Shown piece by piece: positions 63,875 to 64,000 of a stretch of 64,000 nt of DNA. How positions within the stretch are numbered: position 1 is the stretch's first letter; the number at the start of each line of letters is the position of its first letter. The stretch lies in NCBI RefSeq assembly GCF_022045235.1, contig NW_027266343.1, positions 372,001 to 436,000 on the forward strand, given 5' to 3'. The notes beneath the pieces were generated by a model. It saw nothing but the letters and a program-made list of their open reading frames with translations, searched no databases and had not been told where the DNA came from. Source of the DNA: Haliotis cracherodii. Its lineage: Eukaryota. Both the position numbers and the translations under genes were made by a program.

Positions 63875-64000
63875 CTTCACAGCCTTAGGCCTGTGCTTCT
63901 TGGGCAGGGGACTCTGGCAGTTCAGGGTGACCTTACGTCTGGGCGTGGGGGTAGGGCGGTTGAGGGGGGAGACACCTGGTCTACATTGACGCTGGTTGGA
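63875..64000 (-). CDS. Unidentified protein, exon truncated by window edge (SNQRQCRPGVSPLNRPTPTPRRKVTLNCQSPLPKKHRPKAVK)
   Basis: Open frame, GC-rich relative to flanks, donor AAG|gtatag, phase 0. Confidence 0.7.

Overview
Eukaryotic (invertebrate) genomic DNA. The SINE, MITE and HINE-like repeats suggest a mollusc, possibly abalone (inference only). Left part (1-18 kb): a five-coding-exon RNF24/RNF122-family transmembrane RING-H2 E3 ligase gene on the + strand (5761-11256). It is surrounded by a decayed Tc1 transposon, tRNA-derived SINEs, several MITEs, and LINE and Penelope-like remnants. Middle (18.1-61.6 kb): about 43 kb of almost uninterrupted tandem repeat in four adjacent families: a 47-bp minisatellite, a ~37-kb G-rich 22-bp satellite with higher-order duplications, a 103-bp array, and a C/A-rich array. 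The 22-bp satellite carries ten co-oriented CpG-rich islands with shared junctions, built as subrepeats / AT-richer core / subrepeats, reminiscent of an rDNA spacer-promoter fragment. Right part (61.8-64 kb): the last five coding exons of an unidentified - strand gene (disordered region plus coiled coil). A GTAAGT donor lies 10 nt after its stop codon, so the satellite block may be one giant 3'-UTR intron. The many long Pro/Ser/His ORFs in the ORF track are repeat artefacts. All coordinates and counts were read by eye.
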